DNA from: Ignavibacteria bacterium UBA2360
GTDB taxonomy: Bacteria; Bacteroidota; Ignavibacteria; Tepidaquicellales; OLB5
Direction of reading: 5' to 3'
NCBI GenBank assembly: GCA_002344125.1
Contig: DDTQ01000004.1
Coordinates: 4,717-68,716, forward strand
Length of the DNA: 64,000 nucleotides
Below, one piece after another: positions 28,776 through 41,009 of the stretch. The notes under the pieces were generated by a model. That model had not been told where the DNA came from, did not search any database, and saw only the letters and a program-made list of their open reading frames with translations. Both the position numbers and the translations under genes were made by a program. The number at the start of each line of letters is the position of its first letter. Within the stretch, counting starts at the first letter, position 1.

Positions 28776-30194
28776 TTACTTCTTGCTAAGCACGTCATCC
28801 TTTATCTCATGTAAGTACTTCAAAGCTGCTTCATATTCATTCGGGATTATACCATCCAGTATAGCTTCTTCAATTGCTGTCTTCAGCATTCCAACCTCTC
28901 TTGAAGGCTGTAAATTACAGATTTTCATGATTTCTTCCCCGCGTACAGGTGACTGGAAATTGCGGATATTATCACGTTCTTCAACTTCGGCAACTTTTCT
29001 TTCAACGCTGTCGAAGTTTTCCAGGTATTTTTTAACTTTACCCGGGTCCTTAGATGTAATATCTGCTCTGCAAAGTGTAAATAGGTCCTCAATATCGTCA
29101 CCGGCATCAAAAATAAGCCTGCGAATTGCGGAATCAGTCACATTCTCATTCGCTAATGCGATAGGTCTTAAGTGCAGTCTTACAAGTTTTTCCACATACG
29201 GCAGTTTATCAAAAGGCAGCTTAAGCTTTGTAAATATCTTTCTCTGCCAGCGCGCGCCAAGCTCTTCATGACCGTGGAAGGTCCAGCCCGTACCCTCCAC
29301 AAATCTCTTCGTAGGGGGTTTAGCTATATCATGCATCAAAGCTGCGAAGCGCAGCCATAGGTTATCCGTCTTTTCTGAGATGTTATCCACAACCTGCAGT
29401 GTGTGCCAAAATACATCCTTATGGTGAAAATCTTTGCGCTGGTCAATGCCTTCAAGGTTATGAACTTCCGGAAAAATTATCTCCATTAATCCTGATTTGA
29501 ATAATAATTTCAATCCAATAGAAGGTTTTTTGGATGTAAGAATTTTCAGGAATTCATCAGTTATTCTTTCCTGTGATACAACAGTATCACTGCCTTTTAC
29601 TATCCTTATCCTCTCACGCATCAGCTTGATAGCGTGGAAAGTATCACCTGCAATTTCAAAGCCAAGCTGTGATGCGAAACGGCATGCGCGCATCATTCTA
29701 AGAGGGTCATCGCTGAATGTTTTTTCCGGTTCAAGCGGGGTGCGAAGCACCCTCTCCTTAAGGTCAACCAATCCTTCAAAAAGATCAATGATCTCATTTT
29801 TATCGTTATTCAGCGAAACCGCAAGCGCGTTTACCGTGAAATCCCGCCGTGAAAGGTCTTCCTGCAGGTCAGCAAATTCAATTTCGGGCTTTCGGGAATT
29901 GCTGCTGTAACTTTCCTTCCTTGCTGAGGCAAATTCTACTTTTGTTTCATCTATTTCAAGCAGGGCAGTGCCGAATTTTTTATATATCGCTGAAAGCGGT
30001 TTGCCGAATTCTGAGCTTACAGTTTCAGCAAAAGCGATACCATCACCTATAACTGTAATATCAATATCTGTCTTGTTAAGGTTCAGCAATTTATCGCGCA
30101 CGTATCCGCCGACAACGTATGCCTGAACATTGTTTTTTACAGCTATTCGTGATATCTTTTTTAAAGTAATATTTGAACCGATGAAGTCTGTCAA
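28776..30194 (-). CDS. cca: CCA-adding tRNA nucleotidyltransferase / poly(A) polymerase family protein with HD domain
   Basis: Head-domain motif VVGGYVRDKLL...DIDI, RRDFTVNA, then an HD region (HHKDVFWHTLQVVD...LMHDIAKP). Confidence 0.75.
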   Translation of the reverse strand: MTDFIGSNITLKKISRIAVKNNVQAYVVGGYVRDKLLNLNKTDIDITVIGDGIAFAETVSSEFGKPLSAIYKKFGTALLEIDETKVEFASARKESYSSNSRKPEIEFADLQEDLSRRDFTVNALAVSLNNDKNEIIDLFEGLVDLKERVLRTPLEPEKTFSDDPLRMMRACRFASQLGFEIAGDTFHAIKLMRERIRIVKGSDTVVSQERITDEFLKILTSKKPSIGLKLLFKSGLMEIIFPEVHNLEGIDQRKDFHHKDVFWHTLQVVDNISEKTDNLWLRFAALMHDIAKPPTKRFVEGTGWTFHGHEELGARWQRKIFTKLKLPFDKLPYVEKLVRLHLRPIALANENVTDSAIRRLIFDAGDDIEDLFTLCRADITSKDPGKVKKYLENFDSVERKVAEVEERDNIRNFQSPVRGEEIMKICNLQPSREVGMLKTAIEEAILDGIIPNEYEAALKYLHEIKDDVLSKK

Positions 30195-31192
30195 TTCCCC
30201 TGATTCCCGTTCTTAATTATCTGTATTATCTTATCAGCAACTTCAACTGCTTCTTTCCCTGCTGTCAGTGTTACTTTTACCGGCTTATTTGTGAGCACGC
30301 TTTCAAAAAATGATTCAAGCTCATTTTTGATCGGATTTATGTTTTCCGGATTTTCCGGTTTGGGCTCATCGTAAACTATTTTTTTCGTATCATTCAGGTC
30401 AAATGTCATACCCGTTGCTTCGGTCTCTTTATCTGTAAGCCTGAAAACTTCTGATTTGTTGTTAAGAAAATCAACTGAAATATACGCGTTGTTCTGAAAT
30501 ATCCTCATCTTACGCATTTTTTTCAGTGATATCCTGCTGGATGTTAAGTTGGCTACACAGCCGCTTTCCAGTGTAAGCCTAGCATTGGCAATATCAATTT
30601 CATCTGAAATAACGGCTACGCCGTTTGCGTCAATTTTTTTCACTTTTGATTTTGCCAGGTGAAGTATTATGTCAATATCATGTATCATCAGGTCCTGTAT
30701 TACAGATACATCCGTGCCCCTTGGGTTAAACTGCGCAAGCCTGTGTGATTCAATGAACATCGGTTTCATTTCAAACCTTTCAAGCGCTACAAGGGCGGGA
30801 TTGAACCTTTCAACATGACCAACCTGTATCTTAACAGGCTTACCTTCAGCCTGTTTTATCAATGCCTCTGCTTCGCTCAACGAACCGGTAACCGGTTTTT
30901 CTATGAACACATTAATATCTTTGTTCAGCGCTTTTGATGCGATTTCAAAATGCGTTGATGTAGGCGTAACTATGATCAGTGTATCTGTTTCCCTCAGCAG
31001 CTCATCAATGGAATTGTACGCTTTTACTTTATATTCGCCGCTTACGGCGGCGGCTGTTTCTGTATCTGGATCAAATATACCTTTGAACTTTATACGCGGA
31101 TCAGTTTTCGCTATTTCGCTTATCAGTCTTGTATGGATCTTACCTAAATGTCCGCAGCCTGCCAGACCTATATTTAAAATTTTATCTGCCAA
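30191..31192 (-). CDS. Gfo/Idh/MocA-family NAD(P)-dependent oxidoreductase
   Basis: N-terminal Rossmann IGLAGCGHLGKIH, an EKP motif (FIEKPV) and a C-terminal alpha/beta domain. 4-nt overlap with cca. Confidence 0.7.
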   Translation of the reverse strand: MADKILNIGLAGCGHLGKIHTRLISEIAKTDPRIKFKGIFDPDTETAAAVSGEYKVKAYNSIDELLRETDTLIIVTPTSTHFEIASKALNKDINVFIEKPVTGSLSEAEALIKQAEGKPVKIQVGHVERFNPALVALERFEMKPMFIESHRLAQFNPRGTDVSVIQDLMIHDIDIILHLAKSKVKKIDANGVAVISDEIDIANARLTLESGCVANLTSSRISLKKMRKMRIFQNNAYISVDFLNNKSEVFRLTDKETEATGMTFDLNDTKKIVYDEPKPENPENINPIKNELESFFESVLTNKPVKVTLTAGKEAVEVADKIIQIIKNGNQGN

Positions 31193-31211
31193 TTGTTATA
31201 AAATTTATTGG

Positions 31212-32093
31212 TTAAGAAATATCTATGCTTACGCGGTGCATTACGAACACACCAAGCAAAGTGATTGCGGAGCCGATTATGAAGTAAACAGAAATATGCT
31301 CCGATAGAAATATAATTGAAAATAATACAGTAAGCAGTGGAGAAATATTTGAAAGCGTTGTCAGCTTGCTTACGGCTATATTTTTAAGCGCGTAATACCA
31401 CACAAAATACGCCAGGTAGGCCACAACCACCGAAAGATAGAAGAAACCTATGATTCCCTTATATGTTAAATGCGCCAGAGTGAAGTTAGGCAGGTCATAA
31501 ATGAACAGTGGAATGTAAAACACACTGCCGGCCAGGAAAACAAACGTTGAGGTCTTAAGTGCGCCGTATTTTTCAATGGTGCGTTTGCCAAGCGTTAAAT
31601 ACATTGAAAATGTTAAAACAGCGAACAGAAGCAGAACGTCTCCCCTTATAACATTGCTATCAACATTAACCTGAGTTAAGCCTTCGTAAAAAATGAAAAA
31701 AATGCCAACAACGGTAAGGAGAATTGAAAACAGTTTTGAGTAATTGAATTTTTCGTAGTTGAACAAAACAGCTACAATATAGGCGTAAACTGGGTTAAGT
31801 GAATAAATTATCCCGCTGTGCGAAGCGTATGATAGTTTTATTCCCGTCAGGAAGAAGAATTGGTTAAGCGGAATGCAAAGCAGCGCAAGTAAAATAAGCC
31901 GCGGGTAATCTTTTTTATCAAATTTCAGATCAAGCTTCCGGAATTTCAGTGTGATATAAAACAATATGGCTGCGAAGCCGAAACGGAAAAACCCGAATGA
32001 AAGCGGTGATATTTCCGCTACTGAAAGCTTGGCGAATATGGGTGTAAAAGTTGCTGCCAGTGTTATGAACACCAGCAGCATAACATTTTTCAT
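31212..32093 (-). CDS. DMT-superfamily (EamA-like) transporter
   Basis: 293 aa with ~10 predicted TM helices arranged as two EamA-like halves. Confidence 0.7.
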   Translation of the reverse strand: MKNVMLLVFITLAATFTPIFAKLSVAEISPLSFGFFRFGFAAILFYITLKFRKLDLKFDKKDYPRLILLALLCIPLNQFFFLTGIKLSYASHSGIIYSLNPVYAYIVAVLFNYEKFNYSKLFSILLTVVGIFFIFYEGLTQVNVDSNVIRGDVLLLFAVLTFSMYLTLGKRTIEKYGALKTSTFVFLAGSVFYIPLFIYDLPNFTLAHLTYKGIIGFFYLSVVVAYLAYFVWYYALKNIAVSKLTTLSNISPLLTVLFSIIFLSEHISVYFIIGSAITLLGVFVMHRVSIDIS

Positions 32094-32194
32094 TATTTCT
32101 TTGTAGCCTTAGCTTTTGATTCTTTTAATTTTGCTTTTGCCTTTGACTGCTTTTTTCTGTGTTTGCCTGCTACTTTTTTTAATTTTTTGTTCAT
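32093..32194 (-). CDS. candidate 33-aa lysine-rich small protein (not in ORF track)
   Basis: Minus-strand ATG at 32194 reads MNKKLKKVAGKHRKKQSKAKAKLKESKAKATKK. Its TAA overlaps the EamA ATG as TAATG, which suggests translational coupling. Coding status is unproven. Confidence 0.3.
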   Translation of the reverse strand: MNKKLKKVAGKHRKKQSKAKAKLKESKAKATKK

Positions 32195-32227
32195 TTTGTT
32201 TTTATGGTTTATAAAAAATTATTTATT

Positions 32228-33289
32228 TTAAGCTATGGTTACATCTTTATCAATATAAACATCCTGTATTGCATGAAGCAGTTCTACGCCTTCTTTCATC
32301 GGTTTCTGGAACGCTTTTCTTCCGGAGATCAGACCCATACCGCCTGCGCGTTTGTTGATAACTGCGGTTTTAACCGCTTCTTTTAAGTCTGAATCTCCCT
32401 TACCTGTCGAAGCTCCGCCTGAATTGATAAGTCCGCACCTGCCCATGTAGCAGTTTGCAACCTGGTAGCGTGTCAGGTCTATCGGGTTATCACTTGAAAG
32501 CTTTTCGTAAACAAGCTTGCTTGTTTTGCCGAACTTAATCGCGTTATAGCCGCCGTTGTTTTCGGGCAATTTCTGTTTGATAATATCCGCGCCAATTGTT
32601 ACGCCCAGATGATTCGCCTGGCCGGTCAGATCTGCCGATACATGGTAATCTTTGTCGCCCTTCACGTTAAAAGCTGAATTCCTTAAGTAACACCATAATA
32701 TAGTTGTCATACCAAATTCATGAGCATACTGAAATGCCGCGGAAATTTCCTGAATCTGCCTTGCTGATTCATCACTGCCGAAATAAATCGTCGCGCCAAT
32801 TGCCGCTGCGCCCATGTTATATGCCTGCTCTACACTGGCAAAAAGTATCTGGTCGTATTTATTGGGGTATGAGAGGAACTCATTGTGATTGATCTTAAGC
32901 ACAAAGGGGATCTTATGCGCATACTTCCTCGAAACCGCGCCAAGTACACCAAGCGTGGAAGCAACTGCGTTGCACTCGCCTTCAATTGCAAGTTTAACTA
33001 TGTTTTCTGGGTCAAAATAGATCGGGTTGGGTGAAAATGATGCGCCCGCAGAATGCTCAATACCCTGGTCAACAGGTAATATTGATAAATAGCCCGTTCC
33101 TTTCAGTCTGCCTGCGTTGAAAATTGCCTGCATATTCCGCAACACCTGCGGTGAGCGGTCAGAATCTTTCCACACCCTGTCAACAAAATCCGGTCCGGGT
33201 AAATGTAGCTGATCTTTCGAAATTGTTTCACATTTATGTTCTAACAGGGAAACGTCGTTTCCCAGTAATTCTTTTATATTTACTGCCAT
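32228..33289 (-). CDS. fbaB: class I fructose-bisphosphate aldolase (FbaB/DhnA type)
   Basis: Colinear with E. coli FbaB as I recall it: [11 protein letters not shown]..., [54 protein letters not shown]. Confidence 0.85.
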   Translation of the reverse strand: MAVNIKELLGNDVSLLEHKCETISKDQLHLPGPDFVDRVWKDSDRSPQVLRNMQAIFNAGRLKGTGYLSILPVDQGIEHSAGASFSPNPIYFDPENIVKLAIEGECNAVASTLGVLGAVSRKYAHKIPFVLKINHNEFLSYPNKYDQILFASVEQAYNMGAAAIGATIYFGSDESARQIQEISAAFQYAHEFGMTTILWCYLRNSAFNVKGDKDYHVSADLTGQANHLGVTIGADIIKQKLPENNGGYNAIKFGKTSKLVYEKLSSDNPIDLTRYQVANCYMGRCGLINSGGASTGKGDSDLKEAVKTAVINKRAGGMGLISGRKAFQKPMKEGVELLHAIQDVYIDKDVTIA

Positions 33290-33329
33290 AATAGTATCTC
33301 TCCTGCTGTTATTGTATTTGCTTTATTAT

Positions 33330-34283
33330 TTACTGTGTGAAAGGAAGTCTTGTAATTGTACACTCAAGTCCGCTTTCATTATTTTTGATTATATAGTTTT
33401 TATCGTAATCCAGAAATATTGTTTTAACAAATCCCAATGCTATGCTGCCGAATGCATCTGAATATGCCGCGCTTGTTACAAATCCGCATTCTTTACTGTC
33501 AACTGTTATTTTGCCCGCACTGCTCAGGTCAATCTTGTTGGGCGATTTGATCTTCAGTCCAACCAAATGCTTGCTTATCTTATCATAAGCATCTAGCCTG
33601 GCAATTACTTCCTGGCCAATGTAACATCCTTTGGTGAAGCTTACGTACTTATTCATACCGCACTCCAGCGGATTTGTAAGCTCAGACATTTCGGCACCGA
33701 ATTTTGGAATACCAAGCTCGATTCGTTTTGTTTCAAACTCGCTTGCGCTAAGTTCTTTCAAGCCGAATTCACTTGAATTTTCATCTGCGAAAAGCTTTTC
33801 ACTCCAGTATTCTTTATCGCTAACTGCGAAAATAAACTTAACGCCGCCAAAAGCATCATCATTTAACTGAATGATCGCATCGTGATCAGAAGTGACCGTG
33901 AAACTATTCTCTGTTAATGCTGCAATATCAACGCCGGTGATCTTGTTTATAAAAGCAGAAGCATCATCGCCAAAAAATAAAATGGTTTCATGGGTGCCGC
34001 TTAAATCTTCTGCGGTGAAATCATCCATGATAGTATATTTTTCCAGGTGCGAGAGCACGTTTGCGGAATTTTGAAAAGAACAGGTGCAAAAAACCGTTTC
34101 ACCGAGTGAGTACAATTGAAGCAGATCAATGAACCTTCCCTTATCGGATGTTAAAACAGTTTTTACACTGTGAAATTTTTCCAAAGTATTGACCCCGTTT
34201 GTGGAGAGCCTGTTTATCAGATCAAGTCTTTCACTTCCCGAGAACTTCAAAAAATCCTGTGGTAATCTATAGAAATTAAGCAT
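33330..34283 (-). CDS. ygfZ: folate-binding YgfZ/GcvT-like protein
   Basis: GcvT-like fold length plus the YgfZ signature KGCYIGQE (FTKGCYIGQEVIARL). Confidence 0.7.
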   Translation of the reverse strand: MLNFYRLPQDFLKFSGSERLDLINRLSTNGVNTLEKFHSVKTVLTSDKGRFIDLLQLYSLGETVFCTCSFQNSANVLSHLEKYTIMDDFTAEDLSGTHETILFFGDDASAFINKITGVDIAALTENSFTVTSDHDAIIQLNDDAFGGVKFIFAVSDKEYWSEKLFADENSSEFGLKELSASEFETKRIELGIPKFGAEMSELTNPLECGMNKYVSFTKGCYIGQEVIARLDAYDKISKHLVGLKIKSPNKIDLSSAGKITVDSKECGFVTSAAYSDAFGSIALGFVKTIFLDYDKNYIIKNNESGLECTITRLPFTQ

Positions 34284-34530
34284 TAATCAACAAATATACC
34301 CTTTTTTCAAATGTTATTCAATTTAAAAAGTAGTATTAAATCATGCATGAATGTCTCTTATCTTATTTACATTTCAGTTAATGCTGCACTTCATTTTATT
34401 CTGTTGATACCAAACCCCGTTGCATATTTCTGAAAAAAGTTTCGATTTTATCAATAAATCAATTGAAATTAAAATAAAGTTGCGTTATTTTTACAAAATT
34501 GATATTTTGTAATTTCCATCAAAATAATGA

Positions 34531-35460
34531 ATGCTTAAGGAATTTGGCCAGGACTTAAAAAAGCTGCGCGAACTTAAAGGGATTTCTATCGCTGAAATTT
34601 CCGCGGAATCGAGGATCAATACAAAGTTCCTGCAGCTCCTTGAAAGCGGCAACTTCGAATTCCAGCCTGAAACATACATCCGCTCATTCATTAAAGCATA
34701 CGCGCGGGCCCTTAACGAAAATGAAAACCAGATACTCAACGATTACGATAAAGCAAAAGCCGGTTTCTACGCCCGCAGAAAATTTGCAGGTGATGACGCC
34801 AAAGATATCAGCGCACCCGATGCGAAGCTGCGCATTTCTGTGCTCGATCACCCCATTAAAAAAGATGAAGAAGCTGATGAGCCTGTTTATACCAAGAGTA
34901 TTGAACAGGATAAACCCGACTACATGAAACCTAAGCCTGAAAAGTCTTACGAAGACAGTGCTCCGGAATTTTCAGGCCGTTCTGTAACCCAGAAAGTTTT
35001 GCTCGTTATACTGATCCTTGCCGTCTGCGCCGGAATATATTTCCTTATCGATTATCTGAATAACAGCAGTGATAAAAAGAGCGATGTCAAGCCTAAATCG
35101 TTCAACGAAATTTCAAGCGAGTACGAAAATAAAATAAACGGCAATCAGATAGATTCTGCCCGCATAAGGGATTCACTTAAAACACTGGCGGCTATGGATT
35201 CGTTAACGCTTGTTATAAAAGCTATAAAGGATATCAAAATAAAACTTTATGTTGATGACGGCGCTGAGCCATATGACGAAAACATCTCTGCCAAAGATTC
35301 AATTGTGTTCACCGCAAAAGATAAATTCCGTTTCAGCGCGAATACAAGCCAAAATGTTGAATTGTACCTGAACGGCAATTACCTCAAAAAATCGGGTTTA
35401 ACTCCCGGTTCATCTATCAAAAATCTCATTATAACCAAAGAAGGCATTCAGAAGCAGTAA
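34531..35460 (+). CDS. RodZ-like helix-turn-helix membrane protein
   Basis: N-terminal HTH (LKKLRELKGISIAEISAESRINTKFLQLLESGNF), a charged linker, a single TM helix (VLLVILILAVCAGIYFLI) and a C-terminal beta domain (DUF4115-like). Confidence 0.6.
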   Translation: MLKEFGQDLKKLRELKGISIAEISAESRINTKFLQLLESGNFEFQPETYIRSFIKAYARALNENENQILNDYDKAKAGFYARRKFAGDDAKDISAPDAKLRISVLDHPIKKDEEADEPVYTKSIEQDKPDYMKPKPEKSYEDSAPEFSGRSVTQKVLLVILILAVCAGIYFLIDYLNNSSDKKSDVKPKSFNEISSEYENKINGNQIDSARIRDSLKTLAAMDSLTLVIKAIKDIKIKLYVDDGAEPYDENISAKDSIVFTAKDKFRFSANTSQNVELYLNGNYLKKSGLTPGSSIKNLIITKEGIQKQ

Positions 35461-35493
35461 GCTCATTGGGAATGCTTTGAATTAAACTCCTAA

Positions 35494-37512
<2,019 letters not shown>

Positions 37513-37651
37513 TGAAATCTTTTTAAAACTGGCTTAGCAGATTAATTAAGCAAGCAAAGTATATTTATTCAATGACTTCAAATCATCGTATGACTACCTG
37601 TAGTTTGCCAATTAAAAAAATTGGCTGCTGCAGACATTCCCACAATTAGTT

Positions 37652-37675
37652 AACCCCGGCTTTTAAGCCGGGGTT
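37652..37675. terminator. GC-rich hairpin between convergent ligA and the OMP gene (possible bidirectional terminator)
   Basis: Perfect 9-bp stem aaccccggc / gccggggtt with loop ttttaa. There is no clear U-tract on either strand. Confidence 0.3.
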
Positions 37676-37734
37676 ATTGCGATTCTAAACAATATGCGGG
37701 CTTTAGCCCCTTTTTATTTAAACTTAAATTTCTC

Positions 37735-38382
37735 TTACTTCACAAAATTATAGCTGAAAATAAAATATATCCCGCCGAAGTTTTTGATCTCTGCTGTTGA
37801 GATACTCTGAATACCCTCGCCGAATAATTTCAGATAATAATACCGCAGGTTAAAACTCAGTCCGGATGTACGGCTTGTCATATAATCCAATCCCACGCCG
37901 GCGTATCCGCCTAAAGTATATTTAGCTTTCGCGTATTTGAAACTGGAAAAGAACGATTCATTGTAGGGAGTGTAAACTATCGCTGCCGGCGATACGCCAA
38001 AGTTTATGAATGGCCTCATATCGGAGGTCACATCATCCCTGAATAACCTGTATTGCATCCCGATATTAAGTATCGGGAACATAAACAGCCTGTTCACCTT
38101 AAACGGTGTTACAGAATTACCGAAGAAATCATATTGTTCAAATTCCCTGTCATCCTTAGCTCCGGAAAATAATATGCCCGTCTGAATAGAAATATCCCTG
38201 GAAACATTAAAATATTTCGTGGCGCCAAGTCCAAAACCGTTATCTGAAAATGTCAGATTCATTGACCAGTTGTTCTGAGGTTCTTTGACCCTTTTCAGTT
38301 TTGGTTTTAACGTATCATCTGTTTGTGAGTATGCGCTTACTGCGAGGGCTAAAAACAGTGTTAATATAATGAGTTTTTTCAT
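37735..38382 (-). CDS. small outer-membrane beta-barrel protein (porin-family, hypothetical)
   Basis: Signal peptide MKKLIILTLFLALAVSAYS, alternating beta-strand pattern, aromatic-rich C-terminus ...IYFIFSYNFVK. Confidence 0.55.
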   Translation of the reverse strand: MKKLIILTLFLALAVSAYSQTDDTLKPKLKRVKEPQNNWSMNLTFSDNGFGLGATKYFNVSRDISIQTGILFSGAKDDREFEQYDFFGNSVTPFKVNRLFMFPILNIGMQYRLFRDDVTSDMRPFINFGVSPAAIVYTPYNESFFSSFKYAKAKYTLGGYAGVGLDYMTSRTSGLSFNLRYYYLKLFGEGIQSISTAEIKNFGGIYFIFSYNFVK

Positions 38383-38480
38383 ATTATCTGCTGAAATTAT
38401 GTGATGTATGAATGTTATTTTAATGAACTATGTTTGTAAAATCAATCCCTATATGAGGGTGAAAATAATCTTGTTTTTGC

Positions 38481-38580
38481 CCTCACCCCCAGCCCCTCTC
38501 CCGGAGGGAGAGGGGAGAGCAAACCTGATATCTCGAGTATATATCCCCCTCTCCTTTCAGGAGAGGGGTAAGGGGTGAGG
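38481..38580. repeat. family-A GC-rich palindromic element, full copy
   Basis: Outer inverted arms are cctcacccccag... and ...taaggggtgagg. They enclose two hairpins: cccctctccc gga gggagagggg and cccctctcc tttca ggagagggg. Related copies lie at 41010 and 45505. Confidence 0.8.
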
Positions 38581-38731
38581 TCATTCATAATTTTAATAAC
38601 TAAAAATACAATAATCAATTAAGAATACTGATGAATTGCCCAACCCAACTTTTGGACAATATGATGTTACTCTAAAATGCGTTGTTAAAATAGCGAATAA
38701 TCTTTAATTTTGGGTCAAAATTAAGCTCACA

Positions 38732-39610
38732 TTGAATACAAAATCCAAAAGCCGGGCGGTTAAACCGCTGTTTAAAAAGCAGGATATCAAGATCACCAAC
38801 GGAAACAAAACCTTTACTCTAAACAACACCAAAGATCTTTTTTTAATTGCAGGCCCATGCGTAGTTGAAACGCAGAAAATCACATTTGAAATTGCCAAAC
38901 GGCTCAAAGATATTTCACAAAAGCTCGAAATGCCCTTTATCTTCAAGGCATCATACAAAAAAGCTAACCGCACCAGCGGCTCATCGTTCAGGTCAATTGG
39001 AGTGATGGAATCACTTGATATTCTAGGTAATATCAGGCAGAAGTTTAATATCCCGGTACTTACAGATGTTCACTCAGAAATTGAAGCGGAAATTGCTGCT
39101 GAATATGTTGATGTGCTGCAGATTCCCGCGTTTCTTTGCAGGCAAACGGAACTGCTGGAAGCGGCTGCGGAAACAGGTAAGATAGTAAATATTAAAAAAG
39201 GGCAGTTCCTTGCGCCTGAAGATATGCAGCATCAATGTAATAAAGTAATCGCAGCCGGTAATAGTAAAGTAATGGTAACTGAACGCGGTTCGACCTTCGG
39301 TTATAACAACCTCGTGGTAGATATGCGCTCACTTGAAATAATGAAGAGATTCGGCTGCCCGGTAATATTTGACGCGACGCACTCCGTGCAGATGCCTTCC
39401 AAAGAAGGCGGCGTATCGGGCGGCAGCCCGGAATTCATTGAACCCCTTGCAAAAGCGGCGGTTGCTGTTGGCATCAATGGTCTGTTCATAGAAACTCACC
39501 CCAATCCCGCAAAAGCGCTGAGCGATGCAAGCAGTATGCTGAAACTTGATAAAATTTCCGCGCTGCTCAAAAAACTGATTGCTATACACAAACTTACACG
39601 CGGAGCTTAA
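38732..39610 (+). CDS. kdsA: 3-deoxy-8-phosphooctulonate synthase
   Basis: LIAGPCVVE, KASYKKANRTS and VLTDVHSEIEAEIAAEYVDVLQIPAFLCRQTELL are classic KdsA blocks. The TTG start is uncertain. Confidence 0.88.
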   Translation: MNTKSKSRAVKPLFKKQDIKITNGNKTFTLNNTKDLFLIAGPCVVETQKITFEIAKRLKDISQKLEMPFIFKASYKKANRTSGSSFRSIGVMESLDILGNIRQKFNIPVLTDVHSEIEAEIAAEYVDVLQIPAFLCRQTELLEAAAETGKIVNIKKGQFLAPEDMQHQCNKVIAAGNSKVMVTERGSTFGYNNLVVDMRSLEIMKRFGCPVIFDATHSVQMPSKEGGVSGGSPEFIEPLAKAAVAVGINGLFIETHPNPAKALSDASSMLKLDKISALLKKLIAIHKLTRGA

Positions 39611-41002
39611 ATGTACAATAAAATAACCCCCGCCATAATAGAAAAGCTTGCGGCAATTGTTGGCAGTGAAAATATACTAAGTGATACTGAATCCCTGCAT
39701 CTGCATTCCAAAGATGAAACCGAAGATCTCAGTTTTTCCCCTGAAATTATCGTAAAGCCGGCAACAGCCGAAGAAGTATCCGCAATATTTAAGTTAGCCA
39801 ACGGCTTTAATATCCCCGTTACTCCCCGCGGTGGTGGCACTGGACTCTCCGGCGGAGCATTGCCAATACACGGCGGTATTTGCCTCAGCATGGCGCGCTT
39901 CAATAGAATAATTGATATCGATACACAGAATTTTCAGGCAACTGTGCAGCCGGGAGTTATTACGCAGGTATTCCAGGAAGAAGTGGAAAAACTCGGATTA
40001 TTCTATCCCCCCGATCCCGCTTCGCGGGGATCATGTCATTTAGGCGGTAATCTTGCGGAATGTTCCGGGGGTCCAAGAGCCGTTAAGTACGGCGTTACCA
40101 AGGATTATGTCCTCGGACTCGAAGCCGTACTCCCCACAGGTGAGATAATCAACACAGGCGGCAGGGTGTTAAAGAATGTTACAGGTTACAATTTAACTCA
40201 GCTCATAGTTGGCAGCGAAGGCACACTTGCCGTTATCACAAAAATAAATTTCAGGCTTATTCCGCTGCCTAAGTTCAAAAAAGTAATACTTGCTGCATTC
40301 GGCACCCTCGAAGATGCGACAGACGCGGTTGCGAAGATATTCCAAAGGGGAATTACCCCTTCGGCAATTGAGTTCATGGAAAAAGCCGCGGTTCGCGCGG
40401 CAGAAGAGCGGCAAAATAAAAAATTCCCCAACAGCGATGCCGAAGCGCAGCTATTTATTGAAGTTGACGGCAACTACCCGGAACTGCTTGATAAAGATAT
40501 TGAACAAATCGCCGAGGTAGTTGAAGAATTCAACCCGCTTGATATGGTGCTTGCCGAAGATGAACAGAAGGTACAGGATGTATGGTCGCTCAGGCGCGGT
40601 ATCGGCGAAGCGGTGAAATCGATTTCAGCTTATAAAGAAGAAGATACTGTTGTACCCAGGGCTAATATGACGAAACTTATCCGTGGTGTAAAAGAAATAT
40701 CCGCGCGTTACGGCATAACTACAATTTGTTACGGTCACTCTGGTGATGGAAACATTCACGTGAATATATTAAAAGATAAGCTGGATGCAAAAAGCTGGGA
40801 GGAGAATCTTGATAAAGCCATACGCGAAATTTTTGAGTTAACCGTATCGCTGGGCGGAATGATATCAGGTGAGCATGGCATTGGTTACTCCCAGAAGCCA
40901 TATCTGCCGATTGCAATAGCCGAAGCGGAGCTTCAATTGATGCGCAATATCAAAAAAACTTTTGACCCGAATAATATTCTGAACCCGGGTAAAATATTTT
41001 GA
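39611..41002 (+). CDS. FAD-binding oxidoreductase (GlcD / D-lactate dehydrogenase-like)
   Basis: PCMH-type FAD-binding domain (IIVKPATAEEVSAIFKLANGFNIPVTPRGGGTGLSGGALP) and a C-terminal GEHGIG motif. The start abuts the kdsA stop. Confidence 0.8.
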   Translation: MYNKITPAIIEKLAAIVGSENILSDTESLHLHSKDETEDLSFSPEIIVKPATAEEVSAIFKLANGFNIPVTPRGGGTGLSGGALPIHGGICLSMARFNRIIDIDTQNFQATVQPGVITQVFQEEVEKLGLFYPPDPASRGSCHLGGNLAECSGGPRAVKYGVTKDYVLGLEAVLPTGEIINTGGRVLKNVTGYNLTQLIVGSEGTLAVITKINFRLIPLPKFKKVILAAFGTLEDATDAVAKIFQRGITPSAIEFMEKAAVRAAEERQNKKFPNSDAEAQLFIEVDGNYPELLDKDIEQIAEVVEEFNPLDMVLAEDEQKVQDVWSLRRGIGEAVKSISAYKEEDTVVPRANMTKLIRGVKEISARYGITTICYGHSGDGNIHVNILKDKLDAKSWEENLDKAIREIFELTVSLGGMISGEHGIGYSQKPYLPIAIAEAELQLMRNIKKTFDPNNILNPGKIF

Positions 41003-41009
41003 GTGTTGA

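Noticed and set aside
28057-29271. Long antisense ORFs opposite xerD (28057-28542) and opposite cca (28783-29271)
   Set aside because: Each is fully contained in a gene with strong family motifs on the other strand. Their Ser/Ile/Phe-rich composition is typical of antisense frames in AT-rich genomes.
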